Source: Planctomycetaceae bacterium
GTDB taxonomy: Bacteria > Planctomycetota > Planctomycetia > Planctomycetales > Planctomycetaceae
Direction of reading: 5' to 3'
Length of the DNA stretch: 36,643 bases
NCBI GenBank assembly: GCA_050246455.1
Contig: JBFWWA010000001.1
Coordinates: forward strand, 1-36,643
Shown here: positions 7,246 to 16,084 of the stretch, piece after piece
Layout of the letters: each line of letters begins with the position of its first letter
Position numbering within the stretch: the stretch's first letter is position 1
The notes under the pieces: model-generated
The model's database searches: none
Told to the model about the DNA's origin: nothing
What the model saw: only the letters and a program-made list of their open reading frames with translations
Program-made: the position numbers and the translations under genes

Positions 7246-8556
7246 ATGACCGGTGAGCTTCTCGACGCCGATACCATGCAGAAGCAGCTGAGCGGCTCGA
7301 TGAAGCTCGTCGAGGTGACCTGCGAGCTGGCGGCGCTGCACGATCTGGACCGCATTCTCGAAACCGTGACATCCCGCGTATGCGAAGCGCTCCGTTGCGA
7401 ACGGGCGAGCCTCTATTTGTACGACGAGGCGAAACAGACGCTCCGGACCCACGTGGCCACCGAGCTCGAGATCGCGGAAATCCGCACACCGGTCGAGAGC
7501 GGCGTCACCGGGTGGGTGGCGCGGCAAAGGGAAGTGGCGAACATCCGCGACCCGCAATCCGATGAGCGCTGGAATTCGTCGATCGATCGGAAGACCGGCT
7601 TCCAGACCAAGAACATCCTGGCCGCCCCGCTCATCTCGGTGCATGACGACCGGCTCATCGGCGTGCTGCAGCTTCTCAACAAGAATGACGGATGTTTCGA
7701 CGCATTTGACGAGCAGCTCGTGCAGGCGTTCGCTCTGCACGCAGCCACCGCGCTCGAACGCGCGCAGCTTCTGGAAGACGCGCGGCAATCGCACGAGCTC
7801 CAGATCTCGATCAACATGGGTCACCGGATCCAGGCCAGCTTCCTGCCGAGCCGGTTGCCGGACGTCCCCGGATACGAGCTCGCCGCCTGGTGGGAGCCGG
7901 CGCAATCGGTCAGCGGCGACTATTACGACCTCGTGCAGCTCCCCGACGGCCGTCTCGGACTGGTCGTGGCGGATGTCAGCGGGCATGGCGTCGGGCCGAG
8001 TCTGATCATGGCGTCCGTGCGGGCGATGATGCACGTCCTGTCGCGGACCCGTTCCGAGCCGGAACAGATCCTTTCACTGCTTTCGGAAACGATCGCGCCC
8101 GATCTTGGTGAAGGACGATTCATCACCTTTCTGATGGTCGCCCTCGATCCGGAATCGCACGAGCTGACGTTCGCCAATGCCGGACACGGCCCCGCCCTGC
8201 ACTTTCATCGGGGGAGCGGTACCTTCTCGCCGCTCAAAAGCACCGGGCTGCCGCTCGGCTTCGCCACCGATTTCAACGTTCCCGCCGGCAATACCGTGAA
8301 GCTCGAGCCGGGGGATCTGCTGTTGCTCGCGACCGACGGGACGATTGAAGTTCCGAACGCGGAAGGGGAGCTGTTCGGCCGCGAGCGCCTCGAAAAGCTG
8401 ATTGCGGAGAATCCGCACCTCCCGGCCCCGGCGCTGCTCAAGGTCATTCGGAAAGCGATCAGCGAGTACCACCCCGCCACGCATCCCCCCGATGACGTGA
8501 CGGTCATGATCCTCGAACGCAAGTTCCGCAACGACGCGCCGACGTCGAGCAAGTAA
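7246..8556 (+). CDS. GAF domain - PP2C/SpoIIE-family serine phosphatase (RsbU-like)
   Basis: ORF 7051..8556 was trimmed to the ATG at 7246, which avoids overlap with the upstream gene. The N-terminal half is GAF-like (ILETVTSRVCEALRCERASLYLYDE...GVLQLLNK). The C-terminal half has the SpoIIE/PP2C motifs SGDYYD, VADVSGHGVGPSL, NAGH and ATDGTIE. Confidence 0.9.
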   Translation: MTGELLDADTMQKQLSGSMKLVEVTCELAALHDLDRILETVTSRVCEALRCERASLYLYDEAKQTLRTHVATELEIAEIRTPVESGVTGWVARQREVANIRDPQSDERWNSSIDRKTGFQTKNILAAPLISVHDDRLIGVLQLLNKNDGCFDAFDEQLVQAFALHAATALERAQLLEDARQSHELQISINMGHRIQASFLPSRLPDVPGYELAAWWEPAQSVSGDYYDLVQLPDGRLGLVVADVSGHGVGPSLIMASVRAMMHVLSRTRSEPEQILSLLSETIAPDLGEGRFITFLMVALDPESHELTFANAGHGPALHFHRGSGTFSPLKSTGLPLGFATDFNVPAGNTVKLEPGDLLLLATDGTIEVPNAEGELFGRERLEKLIAENPHLPAPALLKVIRKAISEYHPATHPPDDVTVMILERKFRNDAPTSSK

Positions 8557-8568
8557 CGCCCCGCGCGC

Positions 8569-8685
8569 TTTCCGGAGCACAGACTTCGTGTTTGTGTGCA
8601 CTGCATTCCGGAGCACAGACATTCCTGTCTGTGCCCTTCGCAAATCCGTCCCCCCACAGCACAGACAAGAATGTCTGTGCTCCGG
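8569..8685. repeat. Cluster of REP-like GCACAGAC-N6-GTCTGTGC palindromes
   Basis: A degenerate copy lies at 8577-8599. Perfect copies lie at 8613-8634 (loop ATTCCT, core identical to the 3709-3730 copy) and 8659-8680 (loop AAGAAT, so inverted orientation). TTCCGGAGCACAGAC is directly repeated at 8570 and 8606, and its inverted partner GTCTGTGCTCCGG lies at 8673-8685. The cluster sits between the convergent PP2C and purE genes. Confidence 0.85.
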
Positions 8686-8693
8686 GGAGTGCG

Positions 8694-9191
8694 TTAAACG
8701 AGCTTCTCGGCGAGGATCTGCTTCGCCTGCTCTTTGCGGCTTTCTTTCAGGCGTTCGCGCAACTCCGGACGGCTCAGCGAGAGAATGCTGATCGCCAGGA
8801 GAGCGGCATTCACGGCTCCTGCCTTGCCGATGGCGAGCGTTCCGACCGGAATCCCGCGCGGCATCTGCACCGTCGAAAGAAGCGAATCGAGACCGTCGAG
8901 CGACCACCCTTTCATCGGCACGCCGAGGACCGGCAGCACGGTATGGGCGGCGACGACGCCGGCCAGGTGAGCGGCGCCGCCGGCGGCGGCGATGAACACT
9001 TCGGTGCCGTTCTTCTCGGACGAGGTCACGAATTCCGCCGTGTCGTGCGGAGTGCGATGCGCCGACAGGACGCGGCACTCGTGAGAAATTCCGAATTGCG
9101 TGAGGGTCTCGTGTGCGAGCTGCATGGTCTCCCAGTCGGACTTGCTCCCCATGAGAATTCCGACGAGAGGCGACGAGCTGGTATTCGACAT
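8694..9191 (-). CDS. purE: 5-(carboxyamino)imidazole ribonucleotide mutase
   Basis: The 165-aa translation has [24 protein letters not shown] and VLGVP, which are hallmark PurE motifs. Confidence 0.95.
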   Translation of the reverse strand: MSNTSSSPLVGILMGSKSDWETMQLAHETLTQFGISHECRVLSAHRTPHDTAEFVTSSEKNGTEVFIAAAGGAAHLAGVVAAHTVLPVLGVPMKGWSLDGLDSLLSTVQMPRGIPVGTLAIGKAGAVNAALLAISILSLSRPELRERLKESRKEQAKQILAEKLV

Positions 9192-9429
9192 GTTGCGGGT
9201 TCTCCTCTGAATTGGTAACCCAGAGGGTAATTAGCGCGCGGTTCGCGGGCAAGCGAAGCGAATTCCTCCGTTATGGCTTGGTCTCCTGACCACGCCACTC
9301 GGGACGACCGCAGGTCTCCACCCCGATTGATGGGGACCTCCGGTCACGCGGGAGTGGCTCGGTCGGGAGACCGGCCACCACAGAGCGCGAAATCCAGTCA
9401 AGAGTTCGGTCCCCCCTGACGGCTAAACC

Positions 9430-9843
9430 ATGACAGACGCACCGTTGACGACATACCAGAGCGGGCGGATCGGCGAGCCTGCCGAGCCGCGCACGGTCGT
9501 TGTCTTCGAGCGGCGGCCGCGCTGGTTTCCGGAAATGCAGCGGCAGTTTGTCGGGGAGGAAACCCGGATTCGCTGGTGCACGGAGCTGCGCGATGTCGAA
9601 CGGCATCTGGCGGCGGATGGAAGCTTCGTCGTCGTTCTCGATTTCGACGAATGCCCGGGAGAATGTCTGCAGCTGCTCGGCCGATCGGTCGGCGCTTCGC
9701 AGTCGGTCCCGTTCGTCTGCATCGGTTCGCAGCAGACCGCGGAACTCGAATGGATCGTCCGCGAACTCGGCGGACTCGCGTTCTTTCCCGATCACGTCAC
9801 CGGCGACCGCATCGCGGCGCTCTGCCGGCGACAATGGACGTGA
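9430..9843 (+). CDS. Hypothetical protein (possible receiver/flavodoxin-like fold)
   Basis: The 137-aa ORF has alternating beta-alpha-like hydrophobic blocks (TVVVFE, FVVVLDFDE, FVCIG). No recognisable catalytic motif is present, and GC3 is moderately high. Confidence 0.5.
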   Translation: MTDAPLTTYQSGRIGEPAEPRTVVVFERRPRWFPEMQRQFVGEETRIRWCTELRDVERHLAADGSFVVVLDFDECPGECLQLLGRSVGASQSVPFVCIGSQQTAELEWIVRELGGLAFFPDHVTGDRIAALCRRQWT

Positions 9844-10383
9844 CGGGACTCGCACTGCGCCGCGAACGGTCGCCGCGCATCGCCTCGATCTGAGCCGGTT
9901 TTGAGTGACGTTCGGCGTCCGAGCGCCCGCGCATCATCTGCGCCTCAATCATTCGACATTGAAGTTACAGAAATCTTTGGATTTTACAGTGATGTTTCAT
10001 GCAAAAAGTCATTGACGAGATTCGGATCCCGCGCAAGATGGGATTGCCGGAAACGAGTCATCGAGTTTGCAGCGGGTGTCAGCTCGATCGATCGAAAACG
10101 ACAGGAACTTCCGCACGCGGGATCCGAGAATGAACATCACGACACGAACCCAATCGAAAGCGATCAGCGCCGTCACGCAGCGCAGAGACGCGACGCTCGA
10201 AGTCGACGTTGCCGCCGAATTCTCCGTCGAACGATCAGCCCTCAGTCTTTCCGGGATTGCAGAAGCGCTCGCGTGGCCCCGATTGCTTGCCAGCGACTGT
10301 CCGGGAATTCGCCGCGATGTCGCAGTGCCTGATCGTCGAGCCGTGCTTCGCGCAACGTGTCCCGGAGGGACGATCGAGAATAG

Positions 10384-10565
10384 CCCAGCACTTTCAGTGC
10401 TGGGGAAACTTCATCCCCAGCGAAGGCTAGTCCCGTCGGGACGGCTGAATCGACTCGTCAATCCTGGCCGTCAGTCGTCCCTTTGGGACTCAAGGGATTT
10501 CGAAGCGTCCGCATTCCCGGCACTCGAAGTGCTCATCAATTCTCACGCGGTCCCTGCGGGACGCG
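10384..10565. repeat. Cluster of short GC hairpins, including three GTCCC-N3-GGGAC units
   Basis: The hairpins are CCCAGCAC-TTTCA-GTGCTGGG (10384-10404), GTCCC-GTC-GGGAC (10430-10442), GTCCC-TTT-GGGAC (10477-10489), GCACT-CGA-AGTGC (10520-10532) and GTCCC-TGC-GGGAC (10550-10562). Confidence 0.8.
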
Positions 10566-10893
10566 AAGAGGACGGCGGCCGAACGCACGCATCGGAAGCA
10601 CGGAAACTTCGACACTCCCGGCGCTGTGCCTTTAATGCGGCAACCTTTGGCGCCGATCCGTGCAACATTTGGAAAATCGTGCGGAATTCCCAAAGGATGC
10701 GGCAAAAACGGGAAGATCTCGCATGCCGCGTGCCGCGGAGCGAATCGGTCGATTCCCGTTCGCGAGAACCGCAATGGGCTCGATTGCACGAGCGCCGACA
10801 GACCGCTACAACGCAAGTTCCCCCGGACAGGGACGCCCAGTGACGATCGGCGGAGCCACAACGAGTCCGTTTCAGCAGAGAGGTTGAGTCAGC

Positions 10894-11964
10894 GTGAAGC
10901 CGAACGATGCGGAAATTCGAGCCACAGTGCAGGATGTCGCCGATCCGGAAATCGGGCGTTCATTCGGCGCGCTCAACATGGTGAAGGGGGCGGCGATCCA
11001 GGGGGACGTGATCAAAGTCCAGATCGAGCTCCCCACCCCCGCGTACCCGAAGCAGGAACGGATCACGGAAGCGATTCGCTCGGCCCTCGCGAAATTCGGC
11101 GCCGACCTCAAGACCGAAGTCGAGCTTTCGTCAAAGGTGCGCGGTAAGGACACCGGCGGCTCGGTCGGACTCAAGGTGCACAACATCATCGCCGTCGGCA
11201 GCGGCAAGGGAGGCGTCGGCAAGAGCACGATCGCCGCGAGCCTGGCCTTCGGCCTCAACCATTTCGGGGCGCGCGTCGGCCTGATGGACGCCGACGTCTA
11301 CGGACCGAGCATTCCGCATCTGCTCGGCGTGACGGAAGGAAAGCCGGCCGCTCTCGAACAGAAAACAGCCAGCGGCGAATCGCTCACGCGCATCGAGCCG
11401 GTCAATGCGAACGGCCTCAAAGTGATCTCGATGGGATTCTTCGTGAAGCCGGAGCAGGCGGTCGTCTGGCGCGGCCCGATGCTGCACCGCGCGATCACGC
11501 AGTTCCTTAAAGACACCGACTGGGGGGAGCTCGACTATCTCATCATCGATATGCCGCCGGGAACCGGGGACGTCTCGCTGACGTTGTCGCAATCGGTCGG
11601 GCTCGCCGGAGCGGTCGTCGTCTGCACGCCGCAGCAGGTCGCGCTTCTCGATGCGGTGAAAGCGATCAGCATGTTCCGCCAGGTGAATATTCCGATCATC
11701 GGCATGGTGGAAAACATGAGCGGCGATGTCTTCGGCCGCGGCGGGACGCGCAAGAAAGCCGAAGAGCTGAAGGTTCCCTTCCTCGGCGAGATTCCGATCG
11801 AAGCGCAGATTCGCGTGCGCGGTGACGAAGGGCGGACCGCTTCGCTTTACGATGCCGACAGTCCGGCGCGGCCGCATCTGCTCAACATGTGCGAGCAGAC
11901 GGCAATTCAAGTCGCACGGCAGCTTCTGGAAACGCCGAAGATGCCGACGCTCGAGATTCTGTAG
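10894..11964 (+). CDS. Mrp/ApbC/NBP35-family P-loop ATPase with N-terminal DUF59-like domain
   Basis: The start is GTG at 10894 with AGAGAGG upstream. VADPEIGRSFGALNMV is DUF59-like. The deviant Walker A is GSGKGGVGKST. DADVYGPSIP and IIDMPPGTGD are typical of Mrp/ApbC. The usual CxxC segment after ENMS is absent. Confidence 0.9.
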   Translation: MKPNDAEIRATVQDVADPEIGRSFGALNMVKGAAIQGDVIKVQIELPTPAYPKQERITEAIRSALAKFGADLKTEVELSSKVRGKDTGGSVGLKVHNIIAVGSGKGGVGKSTIAASLAFGLNHFGARVGLMDADVYGPSIPHLLGVTEGKPAALEQKTASGESLTRIEPVNANGLKVISMGFFVKPEQAVVWRGPMLHRAITQFLKDTDWGELDYLIIDMPPGTGDVSLTLSQSVGLAGAVVVCTPQQVALLDAVKAISMFRQVNIPIIGMVENMSGDVFGRGGTRKKAEELKVPFLGEIPIEAQIRVRGDEGRTASLYDADSPARPHLLNMCEQTAIQVARQLLETPKMPTLEIL

Positions 11965-12003
11965 TTCCGGCCGACGAACCACCCGTTGGGAGAGGACGCC
12001 GAT

Positions 12004-12540
12004 ATGGCGGAGTCAAAGGAACGGAGTCCCCTGCTCGTCCTGGCGGGAGTGGTGCTGGTTGCAACGCTCCTGTCCGTCTGGATTCGCAGCGGTGCGAATG
12101 CCGAGAAGCGCGGCGGACTGGAACCGGGGAACCGGATGCCCCCCGTCGCGGCATACGCCTGGTTGAACGGCCCGGCGCCGACGGCCGAGAGTCTGCAGGG
12201 AAAGGTGCTCGTCATCGATGCCTGGGCGACCTGGTGCGTCCCTTGCCGGATGGCAGCGCCGGAGCTTGTTGCGCTACACAAGAAGTTTTCGGAGCGCGGC
12301 GTCGTCTTCATCGGATTGACGGCGGAAGGCCCCGACGATTTACCGGAGATTCAATCCTTTCTGAGTTCGACCGGCATCACCTGGCTGAATGGATACGGCG
12401 CGCGAAACACGCTCATTGACCTCAAGGCCGACTACATTCCCGGGATGTGGGTTGTCGACAAGAGTGGAACGATTACCTGGAACCGCGATTCCGGCGAATC
12501 GATCGAAGAAGCGATCGAGAAGGCGCTCGCTTCGAAGTGA
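12004..12540 (+). CDS. TlpA/ResA-like membrane-anchored thiol-disulfide oxidoreductase
   Basis: The ATG at 12004 is preceded by GGGAGAGGA. An alternative TTG lies at 11986. The protein has an N-terminal TM helix (LLVLAGVVLVATLLSVWI) and a thioredoxin-fold WATWCVPC active site. Confidence 0.85.
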   Translation: MAESKERSPLLVLAGVVLVATLLSVWIRSGANAEKRGGLEPGNRMPPVAAYAWLNGPAPTAESLQGKVLVIDAWATWCVPCRMAAPELVALHKKFSERGVVFIGLTAEGPDDLPEIQSFLSSTGITWLNGYGARNTLIDLKADYIPGMWVVDKSGTITWNRDSGESIEEAIEKALASK

Positions 12541-12575
12541 CCGGGACCGGATGATCCCCGCGCGGTCGAGAACGC

Positions 12576-15422
12576 CTAGAGGACTTCCTCAATCACTTTT
12601 TGCAGCTCCGGGCGTCGGATCGGTTTGGCGACGTAGCCATCCATTCCCGCCGCCAGGCATTCTTCGCGATCTCCCTTCATCGCGTTTGCGGTCATGGCGA
12701 CGATCGGGATGCGGCCTCCTTTGCGTGCTTCGCGTTCCCGGATGACGGCCGTCGCCTGATAGCCGTCCATCTCCGGCATCTGAATGTCCATCAGCACCAG
12801 GTCGAACGGCTTGGCCTCAACGGCAGCGACGGCCTCGCTTCCATTACTGACAACGGTCACGCGATGTCCCCACCTGGTCAGTAACCCGACCGCGAGCCGC
12901 TGGTTCGCATAGCTGTCTTCAGCGAGCAGGATTCGCAGCGGCCGCGTCCCTGCCGGTGCTTCCGGCGGCTCCGGCGTGACGCTCGGGCTCGGCTGCACGT
13001 CGGCCGATGCGACATGGAGTGCCGTCGCAATCGCGTCGAAAAGATCCGACTGCTTGACCGGCTTGATGAGATGGGCCGCCCCTCCGACCTCGCGACAGCG
13101 ATTGACATCGTCGGGACTGTCCCCCGAAGAGAGCATCAGGATCACCTGGCCCCCGAGTTCACTTTCACTCTTGATGCGTTCCGTGAGTTGGAAGCCGTCG
13201 ACATCCGGCATGTGCACGTCGGTGAGAACGACCTGATACGGTGTGCCGGCCTGACGCGCCCGGTGCAGTTCGTCGAGTGCCGACTTCGCGTCCGCGACCG
13301 TTGTGGAAAGCATCTCCCAGCTGGTGAGCATCTCGCGAAGGATGAATCGGTTCGTTTCGTTATCGTCGACGATGAGCACGCGAAGGCCGAGCAATTGCTC
13401 GATCGAACCGGGGGCGGGAACGTTCTCCGCCTTCCCGCGCTGGAACCGGGCGGTGAAGTGAACTCGGGTGCCGCGTCCGACTTCGCTCTCCAGCCAGATG
13501 CGGCCACCCATCAGCGAAACGAGACGCGCGACAATCGCGAGGCCGAGGCCCGTGCCGCCGTAGCGGCGCGACGTCGAGGCATCCACCTGCGAGAACGCGT
13601 TGAAGACCTCGTGTTGTTTCTCGGCCGGGATGCCGATCCCGGTATCGCGCATGGTGAAATGCAGAACCAGTTCGCCGTCGGAGGAAGATTCTTCCGCCAC
13701 ATCGAGCACGACCTCTCCGTGGTCGGTGAACTTGACGGCATTGCCGGCGAGATTGGTCACCACCTGCCTCAGCCGGTGCGGGTCGCCGATCAGAACTTCG
13801 GGAACGGTCGGATGGATGTGGCAGGCGATCTCGACATCCTTGCCGCGGGCGCGAAGCCCCACCGCCTTCATCGTATCTCCCAGAACATCGCGAAGCTGGA
13901 ACGCGACGCGGTCCAGATCGAGCCTCCCGGCTTCAATTTTGGAGAAGTCGAGAATGTCGTTGATGAGAGTCAACAGCGATTCGGCCGAGTCCTTGACGAT
14001 ACCGAGGTACTCGCGCTGGACAGGACTCAGTTCGGTATCGAACAGCAGCTCCGACATTCCGATGACGGCGTTCATCGGCGTGCGGATCTCGTGGCTCATG
14101 TTGGCGAGGAACGTGCTCTTGGCGCGGTTGGCCGTCTCGGCGGCTTCCATCGCGGTGCGGAGGCTCCGTTCCATTTCGATCCGCTCGGTGATGTCGACGA
14201 CGATGCCGAGGACCGCCGGCTGCCCTTCGTACTCGATGACCGCGGCCGCGAAGTCGACCCAAAGCTCACGGCCGTCCTTGCGCACGATTTTGATCTCGTA
14301 GCGGGATGGGGCGTACTCACCGCGTTGGCGGGCGAGGCTCCGTTCCTTGACGAGCTGCTGGAAATCGGGATGCACATAGTCGAGAAAGCTGCGATGCAAC
14401 AGTTCGTCGCGCGTGTAGCCGAGCAGCCGCTCCGTCGCGGGGTTCACGTAGGCGTGGCCGGTTCCCTGAAAGATCGCGAGCATTGTCGGAGTGGTTTCTG
14501 CAATGGTGCGAAAACGCTCCTCCCCCGCCCGGCTGACGTCTTCCGCCTTCCTGCGGTCGGCGGCTTCGCGCGCGAGCCGCTCATTGGCCAGGCTCAGCTC
14601 CGCCGTCCGCTCCGCGACCTGAGATTCCAGCGCCTTCGAATCGCGAGCCAGCTTCCCCGCGACGAGCGAAACGCCCGCGAGTGCCAGCGCCGAGACGATG
14701 CCGACGATCACGAACGTCTCGCGCATGCCGGTTTCCGCGGTTGCCGTCATGTTTCCGAGCGGGCGAATCACCTCCAGAACGCCGCGCACGTCGCCGACCT
14801 TCCAATCGGTCCTGGGGCTGTCGGGGTGGGAGTTGTGACATTCAACGCACTGCTTCCGCATGATGTCGGCGCGGGCCAGCCTGAGCGACTGCCGCCCTTC
14901 GACTTCCTCGAACCTCGTGAACGTGCGTTCGGGGTTCTGTCGCAACCACGTCAGGGCTTCGCGTTCGAAGTCATCCTTCGGTCCACCCTCCTTTCGCCAC
15001 GGGAAGGGATGATCGCTGAAAAGACGAACCGAGAGACCGGATTCATCGGTTTGCAATCTCTCCCCCAGCTTGATGGTGAACGTCGCCGGAAGGGGAATTG
15101 CCTTGCCGTCGTTTGCCGGGTCGTCGTAGTTGTGCGTCACTGCCACGCCGTGCGCGCGAATTCGGTCGACCACTTCCGAAGTGTAGAGCGAACGGAACTC
15201 CTCGAGCATCCGGCTTTGCAATTGGGCGCCGTGCAGCGCGGCCGTTTCGACAAGCCGCCGCTGCAGGTTGCTCGCGTGCCAGATCAGAAGCGCGACTCCC
15301 CCCAGCCAGAGAAACGCGAGCAGGCCGACCACATGGCGATACAACGGTTGAACAAATCGACCGGCACTTCGCGTCCGGGAAGCGGAAGGGACCGTCGGCG
15401 ATGGGTTGTCGGGAAGTGACAT
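12576..15422 (-). CDS. Hybrid sensor histidine kinase: Tll0287-like (DUF3365) heme-c sensor, PAS, HisKA, HATPase_c, two REC domains
   Basis: Two TM helices flank an extracytoplasmic domain that carries CVECH (14835-14849). A PAS domain follows (FRTIAETTPTMLAIF...). The phosphorylation site is H-box SHEIRTPMN, and G-boxes GTGLGLAIV are present. Two receivers are marked by LTDVHMPDVDG and LMDIQMPEMDG. The start is either ATG 15422 or the upstream TTG at 15473. Confidence 0.92.
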   Translation of the reverse strand: MSLPDNPSPTVPSASRTRSAGRFVQPLYRHVVGLLAFLWLGGVALLIWHASNLQRRLVETAALHGAQLQSRMLEEFRSLYTSEVVDRIRAHGVAVTHNYDDPANDGKAIPLPATFTIKLGERLQTDESGLSVRLFSDHPFPWRKEGGPKDDFEREALTWLRQNPERTFTRFEEVEGRQSLRLARADIMRKQCVECHNSHPDSPRTDWKVGDVRGVLEVIRPLGNMTATAETGMRETFVIVGIVSALALAGVSLVAGKLARDSKALESQVAERTAELSLANERLAREAADRRKAEDVSRAGEERFRTIAETTPTMLAIFQGTGHAYVNPATERLLGYTRDELLHRSFLDYVHPDFQQLVKERSLARQRGEYAPSRYEIKIVRKDGRELWVDFAAAVIEYEGQPAVLGIVVDITERIEMERSLRTAMEAAETANRAKSTFLANMSHEIRTPMNAVIGMSELLFDTELSPVQREYLGIVKDSAESLLTLINDILDFSKIEAGRLDLDRVAFQLRDVLGDTMKAVGLRARGKDVEIACHIHPTVPEVLIGDPHRLRQVVTNLAGNAVKFTDHGEVVLDVAEESSSDGELVLHFTMRDTGIGIPAEKQHEVFNAFSQVDASTSRRYGGTGLGLAIVARLVSLMGGRIWLESEVGRGTRVHFTARFQRGKAENVPAPGSIEQLLGLRVLIVDDNETNRFILREMLTSWEMLSTTVADAKSALDELHRARQAGTPYQVVLTDVHMPDVDGFQLTERIKSESELGGQVILMLSSGDSPDDVNRCREVGGAAHLIKPVKQSDLFDAIATALHVASADVQPSPSVTPEPPEAPAGTRPLRILLAEDSYANQRLAVGLLTRWGHRVTVVSNGSEAVAAVEAKPFDLVLMDIQMPEMDGYQATAVIREREARKGGRIPIVAMTANAMKGDREECLAAGMDGYVAKPIRRPELQKVIEEVL

Positions 15423-15556
15423 CTCTGAAGTTCGTCCCAGCGAGAAGTGTGGAACGTGTTCCTGCCTGGCCAATTGTACGCCGAGGCGCGCTCAGGAACT
15501 TCAGTGTTCTTCCGGAATAGAGACGAAATCTCGCGGCCGGGCGGCCTCGGCTCGCC

Positions 15557-16084
15557 CTACTTTGGCGCGAGCTGGACGTCGCTTCGCAGCGTCATCGCCG
15601 GTGCACTCGCCTGCAGTTTCGTCGCAATTCGCCGGAGCGATTCACCCGTCTCGGGGTGGACACGTTCCGGATCGAGTTCCGCTAAAGTCGCTGCCACAAA
15701 CGGACGCGTGAGAATGTCGGGGTCGGGAATCTTTCGACCTTCCGACTCGATGATGTCGTCGTTGTAAAGGGCGATGTCGATGTCGATGGTGCGCGGCGCG
15801 TTCTTGTTGTCCGGATCGCGGACTCGGCCAAGCCGGCTTTCGATGGCTGCAATTGCGACAGCGCGGAACTGCTGCGCCGTGAGATTCGTTTCGAGGAGCA
15901 CGGCGGCATTGAGAAAATCGGACTGGTCGGTCCAGCCCACCGGAGCGGTCTGCCAGACTTGCGAGACGCGGAGTACTGATCCGAAGCGTTCGAGTTCCCG
16001 CACGGCCGCCGGGAGGTTCTTCTCGGGTTCGATATTCGAGCCGAGGGAAAGAAAGACGCGGGCGGGGTTCGTCTCAGAGGTCAT
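15557..16084 (-). CDS. folK: 2-amino-4-hydroxy-6-hydroxymethyldihydropteridine diphosphokinase
   Basis: ORF 15557..16156 was trimmed to the ATG at 16084, which overlaps the folB stop. The motifs VFLSLGSNI, FLNAAVLLET, RTIDIDI and HPE match the HPPK pattern. Confidence 0.88.
   Translation of the reverse strand: MTSETNPARVFLSLGSNIEPEKNLPAAVRELERFGSVLRVSQVWQTAPVGWTDQSDFLNAAVLLETNLTAQQFRAVAIAAIESRLGRVRDPDNKNAPRTIDIDIALYNDDIIESEGRKIPDPDILTRPFVAATLAELDPERVHPETGESLRRIATKLQASAPAMTLRSDVQLAPK

Noticed and set aside
8569-8685. Could the repeated palindromes be a mini CRISPR array?
   Set aside because: There are only 3-4 units in mixed orientation, with irregular 36-46 nt spacing, and an identical copy sits at an unrelated terminator (3709-3730). 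The pattern fits REP-like elements, and no cas genes are present.
8074-9252. 392-aa minus-strand ORF spanning the PP2C 3' end, the REP cluster and purE
   Set aside because: It crosses an intergenic palindrome cluster, is extremely Arg-rich, and is out of frame with the true purE frame.
9192-9429. Purine or ZTP riboswitch in the purE leader
   Set aside because: The region contains GC hairpins (for example CGGTC-GGGA-GACCG). However, neither the purine-riboswitch core nor the ZTP (GGGTCGTGAC...CCGCCTGGGCA) elements are present on the purE strand.
10067-10843. 258-aa plus-strand ORF in the 9.9-10.9 kb gap
   Set aside because: It has Arg/Ser/Pro-rich composition and mixed GC3 after the first roughly 30 codons. 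It reads straight through five hairpin repeats and shows no motifs.
13014-15419. 801-aa plus-strand ORF antisense to the hybrid histidine kinase
   Set aside because: It is a shadow ORF. The minus-strand frame has an unmistakable H-box, G-boxes and two receivers.
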